Counted from the stretch's first letter, positions 8,463 through 19,001 are shown. The stretch is DNA of 64,000 bases from Gemmatimonas sp. (GCA_965279375.1 OZ257156.1:2080001-2144000); one strand, 5' to 3'. Notes: a model not told the origin generated them from the letters alone. Made by a program: numbers and translations.

Positions 8463-10925
8463 TCAGGGCGCTCCGATGGCCTGGCGAAGTGAAGCGGCCC
8501 ATTCGGGCGGTGCCACGAACAGCTGTTCAGGAAACTTCTTGTAGCGCGCGATCTCGTTGAAGATTTCGCCTTCGGTGTATGCATTGAGGCCGACACCGGC
8601 GAGATACTGCAACCGCAGGTTACGGTCGGTGTTGATCGCCGAGCCTTTGAGCCATTCCTGCAAGTCGCGTCCGCTGCCCGCGTAGGTGGAGAAGAGATCG
8701 AGCGGTGACGAGAAGCCCGACTCGACGAGCGAGCCGCCAACCTTCATGTAGCCGGCGTCCTGAAAGCGACGCTCCATCGCGTTGATGTCGATGCGCGACG
8801 GACCATCCTGCCCCAGCAACACGATGTCGTAGCCGCGCCCGTCGATGTTGTTGGCCCAGACGGTGCCCTCGGGGAAGACCTCAAAGAACGTGGCGAGTTC
8901 GCTGCGCACCGCATCGAGCGTGCTTTCGTAGAGCGGTACCCACTGTGTGACCACACCGCCCGGCTTGAGATGCGCCTTGACCGCGTTGAAGTACTCGCGC
9001 GTGTAGAGTGAGGCCGCGCCCTTTACCCACGGATTGATCGGGTCCGACGTGATCACGTCGAACTGTTCGTCGCTGGTGAGCACGAAGCTGCGCGCATCGT
9101 CGAAGTAGATCTGCGTGCGCGGGTCGGAGACGACGTTGTTGTTCTCCTTGGTGAACCACGTCGACACCACCTGCGGAATGAGCGGTTCGATCTCGCAGAT
9201 GACCAGTCGCTTGACCGACGGATACGGCAGGAACGAACCGGCCGTGACACCCGCACCAAAGCCCACCACCAGCACCGACTGCGGATTGGGGTGCACGAGC
9301 GCCGGCAGATGCGCGAGCATCTTCTGCAGGCGCATGTCCTGCGGCAGGCTGGAGGCTTCGACCTTGCCGCTCACGTGGAATTGCGTGGCGCCGCTGGCGA
9401 GGACCTTGGTGACGGCGACGGAGCTGTTCATTCCTTCGCCGATGTAAAGCATCTCCGTCTTGCCCAGCCACGTGACCGCGTAGCGGCCGTGCGCGACGAG
9501 CGCGCCTGGAAGCGTGGGGAGCGTGACGATGCCAAGCAATGCGAGGACGGGCGCGAGCACCAACGCGATGCTCGTGCGCGGTCTCTCCGAGATCAGCACC
9601 AACAGCGCGGCCGCTGCCGCGCCAGCGATGAGCACGCGCTGCGCATCCTGTGTGCCCAACATCGGGATCAACACCAGACTGCAGAGGACCGCACCCGCAA
9701 TCGAGCCGATGGTGTTGGCTGCGTACACACCGCCAACGAGACGCGCGGCATCCTGTCCCGGACGCGCCAGCGCGGCGAGTGCGAACGGAAAGCTCGCGCC
9801 CCACAGCAGCGCCGCCGGAAATACCGCCAATGCACACCGCGCAAGATCGAGCTGCAGTGCGAACCACGCACTCGGCGCCAGCGACGGGTTGATGGGCCAG
9901 TTGGGAAGCGCGCGATAGATCACCCACGCGGCCCACGCGATGGCCAGCACGAGCAACAGCTGACACCACGCGAGCGCACGACGCGGACTCTCCACGATGC
10001 GCGCGAGCCACGACGCCACCGCACTGCCGATGCCCAACCCCGCGAGGAACACCGCGAGGATCATCGAGAAGGTGTAGACAGACGCGCCGAAGGTGAGTGA
10101 CAGCAATCGCGTCCACACGACTTCGGCGCCGAGCGCGCACGCGCCGGAGAGCCCGATGGCGAGATAGACCTCGCGAGCGCCAGCGATCGGTGCAGCCGAC
10201 GTCGCGCCTTGCGCCGACGCGTCATTGGCCGTGACCGCAGCAGCGTTGTCGCCGGACGCACGCGCCGGTGTGCGGAGAGAAATCACCCAAGCGATCGCAG
10301 CCACGAGCACGTTGAGTGCGGCAGCCACGTACGTCGCGTAGCCCTGGTCGTGGATGCGCAGCAGATAGAAGCCGGCCAGCACACTGCCGATGACCGCGCC
10401 CGCAATGTTGCCGCCGTAGAAGAAGCCGAGCCACGAGATGCCGCGTTCGCTCGATTCCACCCAGCGTGCGATGGCGGGAAGCGTCGCACCCATCAGCACG
10501 GTGGGCGGCAGCAGGCACAGCGCCGCCACCACGCCGCGCAGCGCGAGCGCCGCCGCGCCGTGGCCGACTGCGGGCGAGTACAGCTTCCCGACCAGCGGAA
10601 TCGCGAACAGTTCCAACACGCCGATGACGCCGATCGACAGCTCCAGCATGGCGTACAGCTGCAGCGGGTGCCGGGAGCGTGACGCGAGTCGTGGTAGCGC
10701 GAGACTGCCGATGCACATCCCGCCCATATAGACGGCGAGCAGCACGCCGAGCGAGATCGCTGACGAACCGATCACCAGCTCGAGGAGTTGAAACCACACG
10801 ACCTCGTAGATGAGCGCGCACACGCCGCTGCCGACGAACAGGAGCAACAGGAACGGAAGCAGCTTGGCGGACGCCAGATCGAGCGCGGCGTCGGCAGTGG
10901 AGGCGCGTAAGGTGCGGCTGGTCAT
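8463..10925 (-). CDS. Multi-pass membrane domain fused to a spermidine-synthase-like SAM-dependent domain
   Basis: SGVCALIYEVVW and a second internal copy SGACALGAEVVW; C-terminal VLVVGFGAG, EIEP, DDAR and FDVITSDP motifs. Confidence 0.85.
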   Translation of the reverse strand: MTSRTLRASTADAALDLASAKLLPFLLLLFVGSGVCALIYEVVWFQLLELVIGSSAISLGVLLAVYMGGMCIGSLALPRLASRSRHPLQLYAMLELSIGVIGVLELFAIPLVGKLYSPAVGHGAAALALRGVVAALCLLPPTVLMGATLPAIARWVESSERGISWLGFFYGGNIAGAVIGSVLAGFYLLRIHDQGYATYVAAALNVLVAAIAWVISLRTPARASGDNAAAVTANDASAQGATSAAPIAGAREVYLAIGLSGACALGAEVVWTRLLSLTFGASVYTFSMILAVFLAGLGIGSAVASWLARIVESPRRALAWCQLLLVLAIAWAAWVIYRALPNWPINPSLAPSAWFALQLDLARCALAVFPAALLWGASFPFALAALARPGQDAARLVGGVYAANTIGSIAGAVLCSLVLIPMLGTQDAQRVLIAGAAAAALLVLISERPRTSIALVLAPVLALLGIVTLPTLPGALVAHGRYAVTWLGKTEMLYIGEGMNSSVAVTKVLASGATQFHVSGKVEASSLPQDMRLQKMLAHLPALVHPNPQSVLVVGFGAGVTAGSFLPYPSVKRLVICEIEPLIPQVVSTWFTKENNNVVSDPRTQIYFDDARSFVLTSDEQFDVITSDPINPWVKGAASLYTREYFNAVKAHLKPGGVVTQWVPLYESTLDAVRSELATFFEVFPEGTVWANNIDGRGYDIVLLGQDGPSRIDINAMERRFQDAGYMKVGGSLVESGFSSPLDLFSTYAGSGRDLQEWLKGSAINTDRNLRLQYLAGVGLNAYTEGEIFNEIARYKKFPEQLFVAPPEWAASLRQAIGAP

Positions 10926-11049
10926 GCGGTTGGGGCGCGTGGAAATGTGGGGGAGCGCACCGCAGTCGCGGGATTGTCCTGTGTGCGTCCGATCTGTAGC
11001 ATCTTACGGGCTCGTCTGACCGGCTGTTGTCCTTTTCTGGAGCGAAGCG

Positions 11050-11364
11050 ATGGGCGGAGCTGTCGTAGCGGTCATCATCCTTCGCAAGCAGGAAGATCTC
11101 GTCGAGCATTTTCGGCGCGCGCGCGCCACGTCGGCCGCGACCGCCAAGTCGCTCGACGAACTCGGTGTCGATGACCGGGCCGTCTGGCACAGCATGGTGC
11201 GGCGAGCTGTGGTCCGTGAGGTATCGCCCGGTCGCTTCTATCTCGACGAGCCGTCGTGGCAGGCGATGAAGGGGGGCCGCCGGGTCCGTGTGGGGCTCGT
11301 GCTGGCGGCCCTGGCGCTGCTCGCGGCGGCGCTACTCGTTGGCAAATCGATGGCGGCCCTGTAG
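11050..11364 (+). CDS. Small membrane-anchored hypothetical protein
   Basis: GGAG RBS; GRFYLDE motif; C-terminal hydrophobic helix. Confidence 0.65.
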   Translation: MGGAVVAVIILRKQEDLVEHFRRARATSAATAKSLDELGVDDRAVWHSMVRRAVVREVSPGRFYLDEPSWQAMKGGRRVRVGLVLAALALLAAALLVGKSMAAL

Positions 11365-11490
11365 GGCGTCGCGGGGCGAAACGAGCGTCACGCGGGTCCA
11401 ACTGGGGTTGAATCGTCCGAGTACGCGCGGTAGCGTTGCCGGTCCCCACCCCATCCTGCCCGCCGCGCTCGCGGCCTTTGAGGAGCCCCG

Positions 11491-13254
11491 TTGGAGCTCA
11501 CCCCGATTACGACACTGACGTGGATCGACTATGCCGTCATGGCGCTGTACTTCGCCGTGGTGCTTGGCATTGGGTTCGTTCTACGTAGCTCCACCAAGAC
11601 CAGCTCCGACTTCTTTCAGTCCGGCCGGTCGCTGCCCCCGTGGGTAACCGGGCTCGCCTTCCTCTCCGCCAACCTCGGCGCGCAGGAAGTGATCGGCATG
11701 GGCGCATCCGGTGCCAAGTACGGTATAGCTACCGCGCATTTCTACTGGATTGGCGCGATCCCGGCGATGGTCTTCGTCGCGCTGTTCATGATGCCGTTCT
11801 ACTATGGCTCGCGCGCGCGCTCGGTGCCGGAGTATCTCAAGCTCCGCTTCGATGAGAAGACTCGCACGCTCAACGCGCTGAGCTTTGCCGTGATGACCGT
11901 CTTCTCCTCCGGCATCTCGATGTACGCGATGGGGAAGCTGTTCAACCTGCTGCTCGGCTGGAGCTTCGACTTCAGCGTGCTGGTGTCGGCGGTGATCGTG
12001 CTGGCGTACGTGTTCGCTGGTGGACTCACGAGCGCGATATATAACGAAGTGCTGCAGTTCTTCATGATCGCGTTCGGCTTCGCGCCGCTGGTGTTTCTGG
12101 GACTGCGCTCCGTGGGTGGCTGGAGCGGGCTCACGGCCAAGTTGAGCGAAGCGGCGGTCACGAAGGGGCTGGCGGCCGGCGCCTACACGCACGCCTGGCA
12201 GGGTATGTCCAGTGCGGCCACCAATCCAATCGGTGTCGAAGCGTTTGGCCTCGTGATGGGGTTGGGCTTCGTGCTGTCGTTCGGCTACTGGTGCACCGAC
12301 TTCCTCGTGGTGCAGCGCGCGATGGCGGCCGACAGCATGCTCGCCGCGCGGCGCACTCCGCTCATCGCGGCCGTGCCCAAGATGCTCTTCCCGTTCCTCG
12401 TGATTCTGCCGGGGATGATCGCGCTGGCACTCACGAGCATGGGTGGCAATTCAGGCGGTGAAGGGATCATTCCGGCCAAGCTCGATGCGATGGGCAAGGC
12501 GTTGGTCGACACGAACGGTCGTACGGTGCTTGACTTCGACCTCGCGACGCCGATGCTGCTCATCAAGCTCTTCCCCGAAGGCATGCTCGGACTCGGACTG
12601 ACCGCGCTCCTCGCGTCGTTCATGTCGGGGATGGCGGGCAACGTGACGGCGTTCAACACGGTGTGGACCTACGACATTTATCAGAGCCACATCAAGAAGA
12701 ACGCGAGCGACGCGCACTACCTGTGGATGGGACGCGCGGCGACGGTGGGCGGAGTCGCGCTGTCGATCGCGGCCGCCTACGTGGCTGGCGCGTTCAACAA
12801 CATCATGGAAGTGCTGCAACTGGTTTTCGCCTTCGTGAACGCGCCGCTCTTCGCCACCTTCGCGTTGGGGATGTTCTGGAAGCGCAGCACGGGGCATGGC
12901 GCGTTCTGGGGTCTCGTCACTGGCATGTGCTGCGCGATGCTGCACCACGGCCTGACGCTGGCCGTCGGCGCGACACCCGGCGTAAAGGGCGGGTTCTTCG
13001 GGCTCGTGCATACGTATCCGAGCGAGATGGCGCAGACGTTCTGGACGGCGATCTTCGCGTTCAGCACGTGTGTCGTTGCATCGGTGATCGTCAGCCTTGC
13101 CACGAAGCCGCGCCCCGACTCCGAGCTCACTGGCCTGGTGTACTCACTGACGCCCAAGCCGAGTGATGGTGATCTGGCATGGCATCAGCGTCCTGTCGTC
13201 TTTGGCGTTGCCGTGCTTGGCGCGACGACGCTGCTCAACCTGATTTTCCTGTGA
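11491..13254 (+). CDS. Sodium:solute symporter (SSS) family, probably a sugar transporter
   Basis: DFFQSGRSLP, SVPEYLKLRF, GGLTSAIY, WCTDFLVVQR motifs; many TM helices; GAGGAG RBS before the TTG. Confidence 0.9.
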   Translation: MELTPITTLTWIDYAVMALYFAVVLGIGFVLRSSTKTSSDFFQSGRSLPPWVTGLAFLSANLGAQEVIGMGASGAKYGIATAHFYWIGAIPAMVFVALFMMPFYYGSRARSVPEYLKLRFDEKTRTLNALSFAVMTVFSSGISMYAMGKLFNLLLGWSFDFSVLVSAVIVLAYVFAGGLTSAIYNEVLQFFMIAFGFAPLVFLGLRSVGGWSGLTAKLSEAAVTKGLAAGAYTHAWQGMSSAATNPIGVEAFGLVMGLGFVLSFGYWCTDFLVVQRAMAADSMLAARRTPLIAAVPKMLFPFLVILPGMIALALTSMGGNSGGEGIIPAKLDAMGKALVDTNGRTVLDFDLATPMLLIKLFPEGMLGLGLTALLASFMSGMAGNVTAFNTVWTYDIYQSHIKKNASDAHYLWMGRAATVGGVALSIAAAYVAGAFNNIMEVLQLVFAFVNAPLFATFALGMFWKRSTGHGAFWGLVTGMCCAMLHHGLTLAVGATPGVKGGFFGLVHTYPSEMAQTFWTAIFAFSTCVVASVIVSLATKPRPDSELTGLVYSLTPKPSDGDLAWHQRPVVFGVAVLGATTLLNLIFL

Positions 13255-13278
13255 TGACCTCTGTGGTGACCTCTGTGA
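13249..13278 (+). repeat. 2.5 copies of a 12-bp repeat (CTGTGRTGACCT) over the symporter stop codon
   Basis: ctgtgatgacct ctgtggtgacct ctgtga read directly. Confidence 0.7.
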
Positions 13279-13288
13279 GGAGCGCACG

Positions 13289-13522
13289 ATGAGCGGTGGC
13301 GGTGCGAGTCTCGACCTGCGGTATCCGATCGGTGGCCTCTTTGCGGCGCTTGGCGTACTGCTGGCGGCGTTCGGCGGAGTGACCGCCTCCAACACGGCGA
13401 TGTACGAGAAGTCGGGTGGGCTGAACATCAACCTGTGGTGGGGCATCGTGCTCCTGGTCACGGGGTTGATCTTCCTGTTGCTCGCACGGAACGGTTCTCG
13501 CGAAAGTCCCAATACCAGGTAG
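13289..13522 (+). CDS. Small 2-TM protein accompanying the SSS transporter
   Basis: LDLRYPIGGLF and NINLWWG motifs; GAGGAG RBS. Confidence 0.8.
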   Translation: MSGGGASLDLRYPIGGLFAALGVLLAAFGGVTASNTAMYEKSGGLNINLWWGIVLLVTGLIFLLLARNGSRESPNTR

Positions 13523-13524
13523 TC

Positions 13525-15009
13525 ATGTCTTTTCCGCGTAATGCCGGTGTGCTGTTGCATCCGACCTCTCTGCCAAGTGCGCATGGCATCGGAGACCTCG
13601 GCACGGAAGCACATCGGTTTCTCGACTTCATGGTCACGACTGGCCTGAAGATCTGGCAGATGCTGCCGCTGGGCCCGACCGGCTATGGCGACTCGCCCTA
13701 TCAGTGCTTCTCTGCGTTTGCGGGCAACCCCATGCTCATCGAGTTGCCCGGTGCGCCGGGTGTCTTCGATGCGCACACGGTGGAGTGGGAGCGTGTCATC
13801 GCGCACAAGCGCGCGCTGCTCGATGTTGCGTGCGCGCGCTTCGTGCCCGACGATCGCTATCGCGCGTTCGTGCGCGCCAACGCCGAGTGGCTGCCGGACT
13901 ACGCGCTGTTTGCGGCAGTGAAGCAGGCGTTTGGCGGCGTGCAGTGGACGTCGTGGGATGCCGACATCGCCGCGCGCGAACCTGTGGCGATGGAGCGCTG
14001 GCGCACGAACTTGGCGGCGCAGATCGAGCGCGTGCAGATCGAGCAGTACTTCTTTTTCGCGCAGTTCTACAATCTCAAGCGCGCGGCCACGGCCAAGGGC
14101 ATTCAGCTGATGGGCGATTTGCCCATCTACGTGGCGCACGACAGCGCCGACGTGTGGGCCAATCCGTCGCTGTTCAAGCTCGACGAGAAAGGCTTCCCCA
14201 CGGTGCAGGCCGGCGTGCCGCCCGACTACTTCAGCGCAACCGGTCAGCTGTGGGGCAATCCCATTTACGATTGGGAGGCGATGCGCGCCGACGGCTATGC
14301 GTGGTGGATCAAGCGCATGAAAGCGTCGTTCGATCTGTTCGACATCGTGCGCATCGATCACTTCCGTGGCTTCGAGTCGTACTGGGAAGTACCCGGCGCG
14401 GACACCACGGCCATCAACGGCCGCTGGGTGAAGGGCCCTGACGCCGAGCTGTTTCAGGCAATAGAAGCGGCGCTCGGCAAGTTGCCGATCGTGGCGGAAG
14501 ACTTGGGACTCATCACGCCGGAAGTCGCCGCACTGCGCGATGGCATGGGCTATCCGGGGATGGCGATCCTGCAATTCGCCTTTGGCACCGACTCGAGCGC
14601 CAACGACTTCACGCCGCACAACTATCAGCGGCACAAGGTTGTGTACACGGGTACGCACGACAACGACACGACGGTGGGTTGGTGGACGCAGGGTGCGGGT
14701 GACTCGACGCGCAGCGATGAAGACGTTGCTGCGGAGCGTGAGTACGCGATGCGCTATCTCAACACCGATGGCACGGACATTCACTGGGTGCTGATTCGTA
14801 CGGCACTCGCGTCGGTGGCCAACACTGTGCTCGTGCCGATGCAGGACATTCTCGGACTCGGCGGCGAAGCGCGCATGAATTTGCCGGGACGTCAGGCGGG
14901 CAATTGGGGATTTCGCTTCACGTGGGACCAGGTCACTCCTGACATCACCAAACGCCTGGCCATGTTGGTTGACACTTACGACCGGAAGCACATGACGGAG
15001 CGCACATGA
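13525..15009 (+). CDS. malQ: 4-alpha-glucanotransferase (amylomaltase, GH77)
   Basis: GVLLHPTSLP, GDLPIYV, GQLWGNP, RIDHFRGF, AEDLG and YTGTHDNDT motifs. Confidence 0.95.
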   Translation: MSFPRNAGVLLHPTSLPSAHGIGDLGTEAHRFLDFMVTTGLKIWQMLPLGPTGYGDSPYQCFSAFAGNPMLIELPGAPGVFDAHTVEWERVIAHKRALLDVACARFVPDDRYRAFVRANAEWLPDYALFAAVKQAFGGVQWTSWDADIAAREPVAMERWRTNLAAQIERVQIEQYFFFAQFYNLKRAATAKGIQLMGDLPIYVAHDSADVWANPSLFKLDEKGFPTVQAGVPPDYFSATGQLWGNPIYDWEAMRADGYAWWIKRMKASFDLFDIVRIDHFRGFESYWEVPGADTTAINGRWVKGPDAELFQAIEAALGKLPIVAEDLGLITPEVAALRDGMGYPGMAILQFAFGTDSSANDFTPHNYQRHKVVYTGTHDNDTTVGWWTQGAGDSTRSDEDVAAEREYAMRYLNTDGTDIHWVLIRTALASVANTVLVPMQDILGLGGEARMNLPGRQAGNWGFRFTWDQVTPDITKRLAMLVDTYDRKHMTERT

Positions 15010-16364
15010 GCGCGCAGACGCAAACGGCAGCGAAGCCTGTGTCATTCGGCACGCTGTGGAACATGAATTTCGGCTTCCTCGGCATTCAGTTCGGCTGGGC
15101 ACTGCAGATGGCCAACATGAGCGCCATCTACGAGTACATGGGCGCGAGCGCCGATCAGATCCCGATGCTGTGGCTCGCGGCACCGCTCACGGGGTTGATC
15201 GTGCAGCCGATCATCGGACACATGAGCGACAACACGTGGGTGCCGTCGCTCGGTCGTCGTCGTCCGTTCTTCCTGGTGGGCGCAGTGCTGAGCACGATCG
15301 CGCTGATTGCGATGCCCAATGTGACCGCGTTGTGGATGGCGGCTGGTCTGCTCTGGATTCTCGATACGAGCATCAACATTTCGATGGAGCCCTTCCGCGC
15401 GTTTGTGGCGGATATTCTGCCGCCCAGCGAGCGGACGAAGGGCTTCGCGATGCAGAGCTTCTTCATTGGGCTTGGTGCCGTCATCGCATCGGCGCTGCCG
15501 TGGATGATGACCAACTGGTTCGGCGTGGGGGCGAGTGCGCCCGGTACGATTCCGATGACCGTGAAGCTGTCGTTCTTCGTGGGTGCCGCGGCGTTCTTCG
15601 GTGCGGTGCTCTACACCGTAGTGATGCCGCCGCGCGAAACGCCGCCGCCGGACATGGAAGCGTTCAAGCGCGCCAAGGCCGCGAGCAAGGGACCGTTTGC
15701 CGGCGCGAGCGAGATCTTCGAGGCGGCCAAGAACATGCCGCAGACGATGAAGCAGCTCGCCGCAGTGCAGATGTGCACGTGGCTCGGGCTGTTCTGCATG
15801 TGGCTGTATTTCCCAGTCGCGGTCGCGCGTAACGTCTTCAACGCACCCGATGCCAACTCGCCGCTCTATCAGCAGGGCGTAGAGTGGGCCGGCGTTTGCT
15901 TCGGCGCGTACAGTGCCGTGACGTTCGTCTTTTCGTTCTTCCTGCCCAAGCTCGCGGCCGCTGTCGGACGCAAGGCCGCGCATGCCATCTGCTTGCTGTG
16001 CGGTGCGGCCGGACTGCTGAGCATCACCGTGATCACCAACCCGCAGCTGTTGCTGCTGTCGATGGCCGGTGTGGGCATCGCATGGTGCAGCATTCTCTCC
16101 ATGCCGTACAGTATCCTCGCCGGCTCGCTGCCGTCGAACAAGATCGGCGTGTACATGGGCATCTTCAACTTCTTCATCGTCATTCCCGAGATCGTCGCGT
16201 CGCTCGGCTTTGGCTGGGTGATGAACCACGTGCTCGACAACAACCGTCTCGCGGCGGTCATTGCGGGCGGTGCGTTTCTCGCGCTGGCGGCCGCGCTGAC
16301 GCTACGCGTCAAGGACGTGAACGAAGCATCCGATCGGGCGGCGGCACGGTTGGCCACGGCCTGA
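15006..16364 (+). CDS. MFS sugar transporter (maltose/sucrose GPH-like)
   Basis: FGFLGIQFGW, VQPIIGHMSD, GRRRPF and GVYMGIFNFFIVIP motifs; ATGA overlap with malQ. Confidence 0.9.
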   Translation: MSAQTQTAAKPVSFGTLWNMNFGFLGIQFGWALQMANMSAIYEYMGASADQIPMLWLAAPLTGLIVQPIIGHMSDNTWVPSLGRRRPFFLVGAVLSTIALIAMPNVTALWMAAGLLWILDTSINISMEPFRAFVADILPPSERTKGFAMQSFFIGLGAVIASALPWMMTNWFGVGASAPGTIPMTVKLSFFVGAAAFFGAVLYTVVMPPRETPPPDMEAFKRAKAASKGPFAGASEIFEAAKNMPQTMKQLAAVQMCTWLGLFCMWLYFPVAVARNVFNAPDANSPLYQQGVEWAGVCFGAYSAVTFVFSFFLPKLAAAVGRKAAHAICLLCGAAGLLSITVITNPQLLLLSMAGVGIAWCSILSMPYSILAGSLPSNKIGVYMGIFNFFIVIPEIVASLGFGWVMNHVLDNNRLAAVIAGGAFLALAAALTLRVKDVNEASDRAAARLATA

Positions 16365-16391
16365 TACGTTCGCAAAAAGCTGAGGCAGACG

Positions 16392-18239
16392 ATGGTACGC
16401 TGGATCAGGGCGTCGATGGTGTTGTGCAATCTCGCCGCGGTCTCGATCGTCGCGGCGCAGGCTCCGGTCATCGAAAAGGTCGAGCCGCCCAGTTGGTGGG
16501 GAAATCACTCGATCAATCCCGTGCGATTGCTCGTGCGTGGACAGCATCTCGAGGGCGCGCGCTTCGTCTGCGCGCGCGTGTCGTGCGGGGCGGCCAAGGT
16601 GAATGCCAATGGCACGTACGCCTTCGTGGATGTCACCATTCCCGCCGGTGCCAAGCCGGGCAGCTATCCGCTGACACTGCGCACCGCGAATGGCAGCGCG
16701 TCGGTGCCGTTCAGCGTAGCACCCACGCTCGCGAGTGCGGGTCGCTTTCAGGGCTTCGGCACCGAGGATGCGGTCTACCTCATCATGCCCGATCGCTTCG
16801 CCAACGGCGACACCACCAACGATCAGGGCGCCACGCCGGGCATGCTCGATCGCGCCAAGGGGCGCTACTACCATGGCGGCGATCTGGCCGGCGTGCAGCA
16901 GAAGCTGCCGTATCTCAAGTCGCTCGGCATCACGGCGATCTGGCTCAACCCGATCTACGACAACGCCAATCGCCTGAACGAGAAGGAGAAGTACGACGGG
17001 CTGCCGATCACGGACTACCACGGCTACGGCGCGGTCGACTTCTACAACGTCGATGAGCACATGGGCACTGTCGCGTTGTTCAAGCAGCTTGTAGACGAGG
17101 CACACAAGCACGGCATCAAGATCGTGCTGGACATGGTTGCCAATCACACGGGCCCGTACCACCCGTGGGCTACCAATCCGCCCACGCCCACGTGGTTTCA
17201 CGGCACGCCGGAGCAGCATCCGAACAACACGTGGCAGACCTGGACCATCGCCGACCAGTACGCGTCGGCCGATGTGCGACGCAACACTCTCGATGGATGG
17301 TTCATCGACATCCTGCCGGACCTCAATCAGGATGACCCCGAAGTCGCGCGCTACATCATCCAGAATACGCTCTGGTGGGTTGGCGTGAGTGGCATGGATG
17401 GCATCCGACAGGATACGTGGCCCTACGTGCCGCGCGCCTTCTGGCGCGACTGGATGACCGCCATTCGCAGGCAGTACCCCAAGGTGCGTGTAGTTGGCGA
17501 AGTGCTGGATGGCGATGCGTCGCAGGTGAGCTTCTTCGAAGGCGGCCGCAAGCAGTTCGATGGCGTGGACGACAAGGTCGACATGCTGTTCGACTATCCG
17601 CTGCACTTCGCGATGCGCAATGCGTTCGGGCAGGGGAAGGCCATCCGCGAAGTCTCGCAGATGCTGTCGCGCGATCATGTGTACCAGAATCCGCATCGCT
17701 CGCTGCTGACGCTGTTTGGCTCGCACGACGTACTGCGCTTCATGAACGAGCCGGGCGCCACGGTGGACGGCCTGCTGTTGGCGTACACACTGCTCTTCAC
17801 GGTGCGTGGCACGCCGATGATCTACTACGGCGACGAAATCGCGCTGCCCGGCGCCCCCGACCCCGACAACCGGCGCGACTTCCCGGGCGGTTGGCGCACT
17901 GACGCGCACAACGCCTTCGAGGCGAGTGGACGTTCGCCTGACGAGCAGCGCGTGTGGTTGCACGCACAAGCGTTGCTCAAGCTGCGTGCCTCACGCGCCG
18001 AACTTCGCGCGGCAACGACCGAGCACCTCTTCGAAACCGAACAGCAGTTCGCCTATCGTCGTGGCAAGACGGTCGTAGCGCTCAACAACGCGACCGACCC
18101 CGCCACGGTGACGATCACACTCTCGGCCGCGCACGCGGCGGCGCTGAACGCACCAGTTGTCGGTACGTGCGCAATTTCTGGTCGGACCGGCAACAAGATC
18201 ACGATCACGCTCCCATCGCGAAGCGGATGCGTCTTCTGA
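16392..18239 (+). CDS. Secreted GH13 cyclomaltodextrinase/neopullulanase (SusA-like)
   Basis: Signal peptide; KVEPPSWW, YLIMPDRFANGD, YHGY, DMVANH, GIRQDT, VGE and SHD motifs. Confidence 0.9.
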   Translation: MVRWIRASMVLCNLAAVSIVAAQAPVIEKVEPPSWWGNHSINPVRLLVRGQHLEGARFVCARVSCGAAKVNANGTYAFVDVTIPAGAKPGSYPLTLRTANGSASVPFSVAPTLASAGRFQGFGTEDAVYLIMPDRFANGDTTNDQGATPGMLDRAKGRYYHGGDLAGVQQKLPYLKSLGITAIWLNPIYDNANRLNEKEKYDGLPITDYHGYGAVDFYNVDEHMGTVALFKQLVDEAHKHGIKIVLDMVANHTGPYHPWATNPPTPTWFHGTPEQHPNNTWQTWTIADQYASADVRRNTLDGWFIDILPDLNQDDPEVARYIIQNTLWWVGVSGMDGIRQDTWPYVPRAFWRDWMTAIRRQYPKVRVVGEVLDGDASQVSFFEGGRKQFDGVDDKVDMLFDYPLHFAMRNAFGQGKAIREVSQMLSRDHVYQNPHRSLLTLFGSHDVLRFMNEPGATVDGLLLAYTLLFTVRGTPMIYYGDEIALPGAPDPDNRRDFPGGWRTDAHNAFEASGRSPDEQRVWLHAQALLKLRASRAELRAATTEHLFETEQQFAYRRGKTVVALNNATDPATVTITLSAAHAAALNAPVVGTCAISGRTGNKITITLPSRSGCVF

Positions 18240-18739
18240 TCGACCGGCTGCGAAGCATCGATGCGCGGCGCATGGCGCTGCTCGATCGTGTCGCCGCGCT
18301 CGACGACGCCGTACTGCACCGCAAGCCGTCGCCGAACGCCTGGTCCATCATCGAGATCATCGAACATCTCGTGGTCGCCGAACGGCACGTGCTCGGCGAT
18401 GTACACCAACTCGCCGCCGCACCAGCGCTCGAACGCAGCCTCAAGAACCGGATTCGCTATCGCATCGTGATGTTCGTATTGCGCGCAGGCATTCCGGTGC
18501 GTGCACCGTCGCGCGCGATGCTACCCAAAGGTGGACAGACGTTCGCCGAGCTCCGTCGGCAGTGGGATGAGCAGTATCTGCTGCTGGAGCGATACATCGC
18601 ATCGCTCGATGCACAGAGCGCGACTCGCGCCATCTTCCGGCATCCCGTTGCTGGCGCGTTGCCCGTCGCCGAGGCCATCGCGATGCTAGATGCACACCTC
18701 GCGCGCCACGACGCGCAGATCGCGCGGCTACAGGGCTAA
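18227..18739 (+). CDS. DinB family protein
   Basis: WSIIEIIEHL, FRHP and HLARH metal-binding histidine pattern. Confidence 0.85.
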   Translation: MRLLIDRLRSIDARRMALLDRVAALDDAVLHRKPSPNAWSIIEIIEHLVVAERHVLGDVHQLAAAPALERSLKNRIRYRIVMFVLRAGIPVRAPSRAMLPKGGQTFAELRRQWDEQYLLLERYIASLDAQSATRAIFRHPVAGALPVAEAIAMLDAHLARHDAQIARLQG

Positions 18740-18788
18740 CGATCGTTTGCTGCGCTAGCGCGTCAGTATTCGAGAGTGCTCCAACCTG

Positions 18789-19001
18789 ATCCGTGTGCAG
18801 TTTCCGCGTGTTCCGTTCTTATCCGAGGCCGAGCAGTTCGTCCGTTGCTATCCAAACCAATCCCCCAGACGACAGCGCGTGTCGGCCGTATCGTGGAACG
18901 GGGGCACAGTGCGGCCGAGGGAGAAGATTTTTGGCGGATACTAGCGGATGAACTGCCCGGCCACGGATATGAGCTGATAAGAACGGAAACCGCTCGCGGA
19001 T
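18789..19001. repeat. Imperfect inverted-repeat element between convergent genes
   Basis: TTCCGTTCTTATC (18811-18823) is the exact reverse complement of GATAAGAACGGAA (18976-18988); similarity extends to about 26 bp. Confidence 0.7.
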
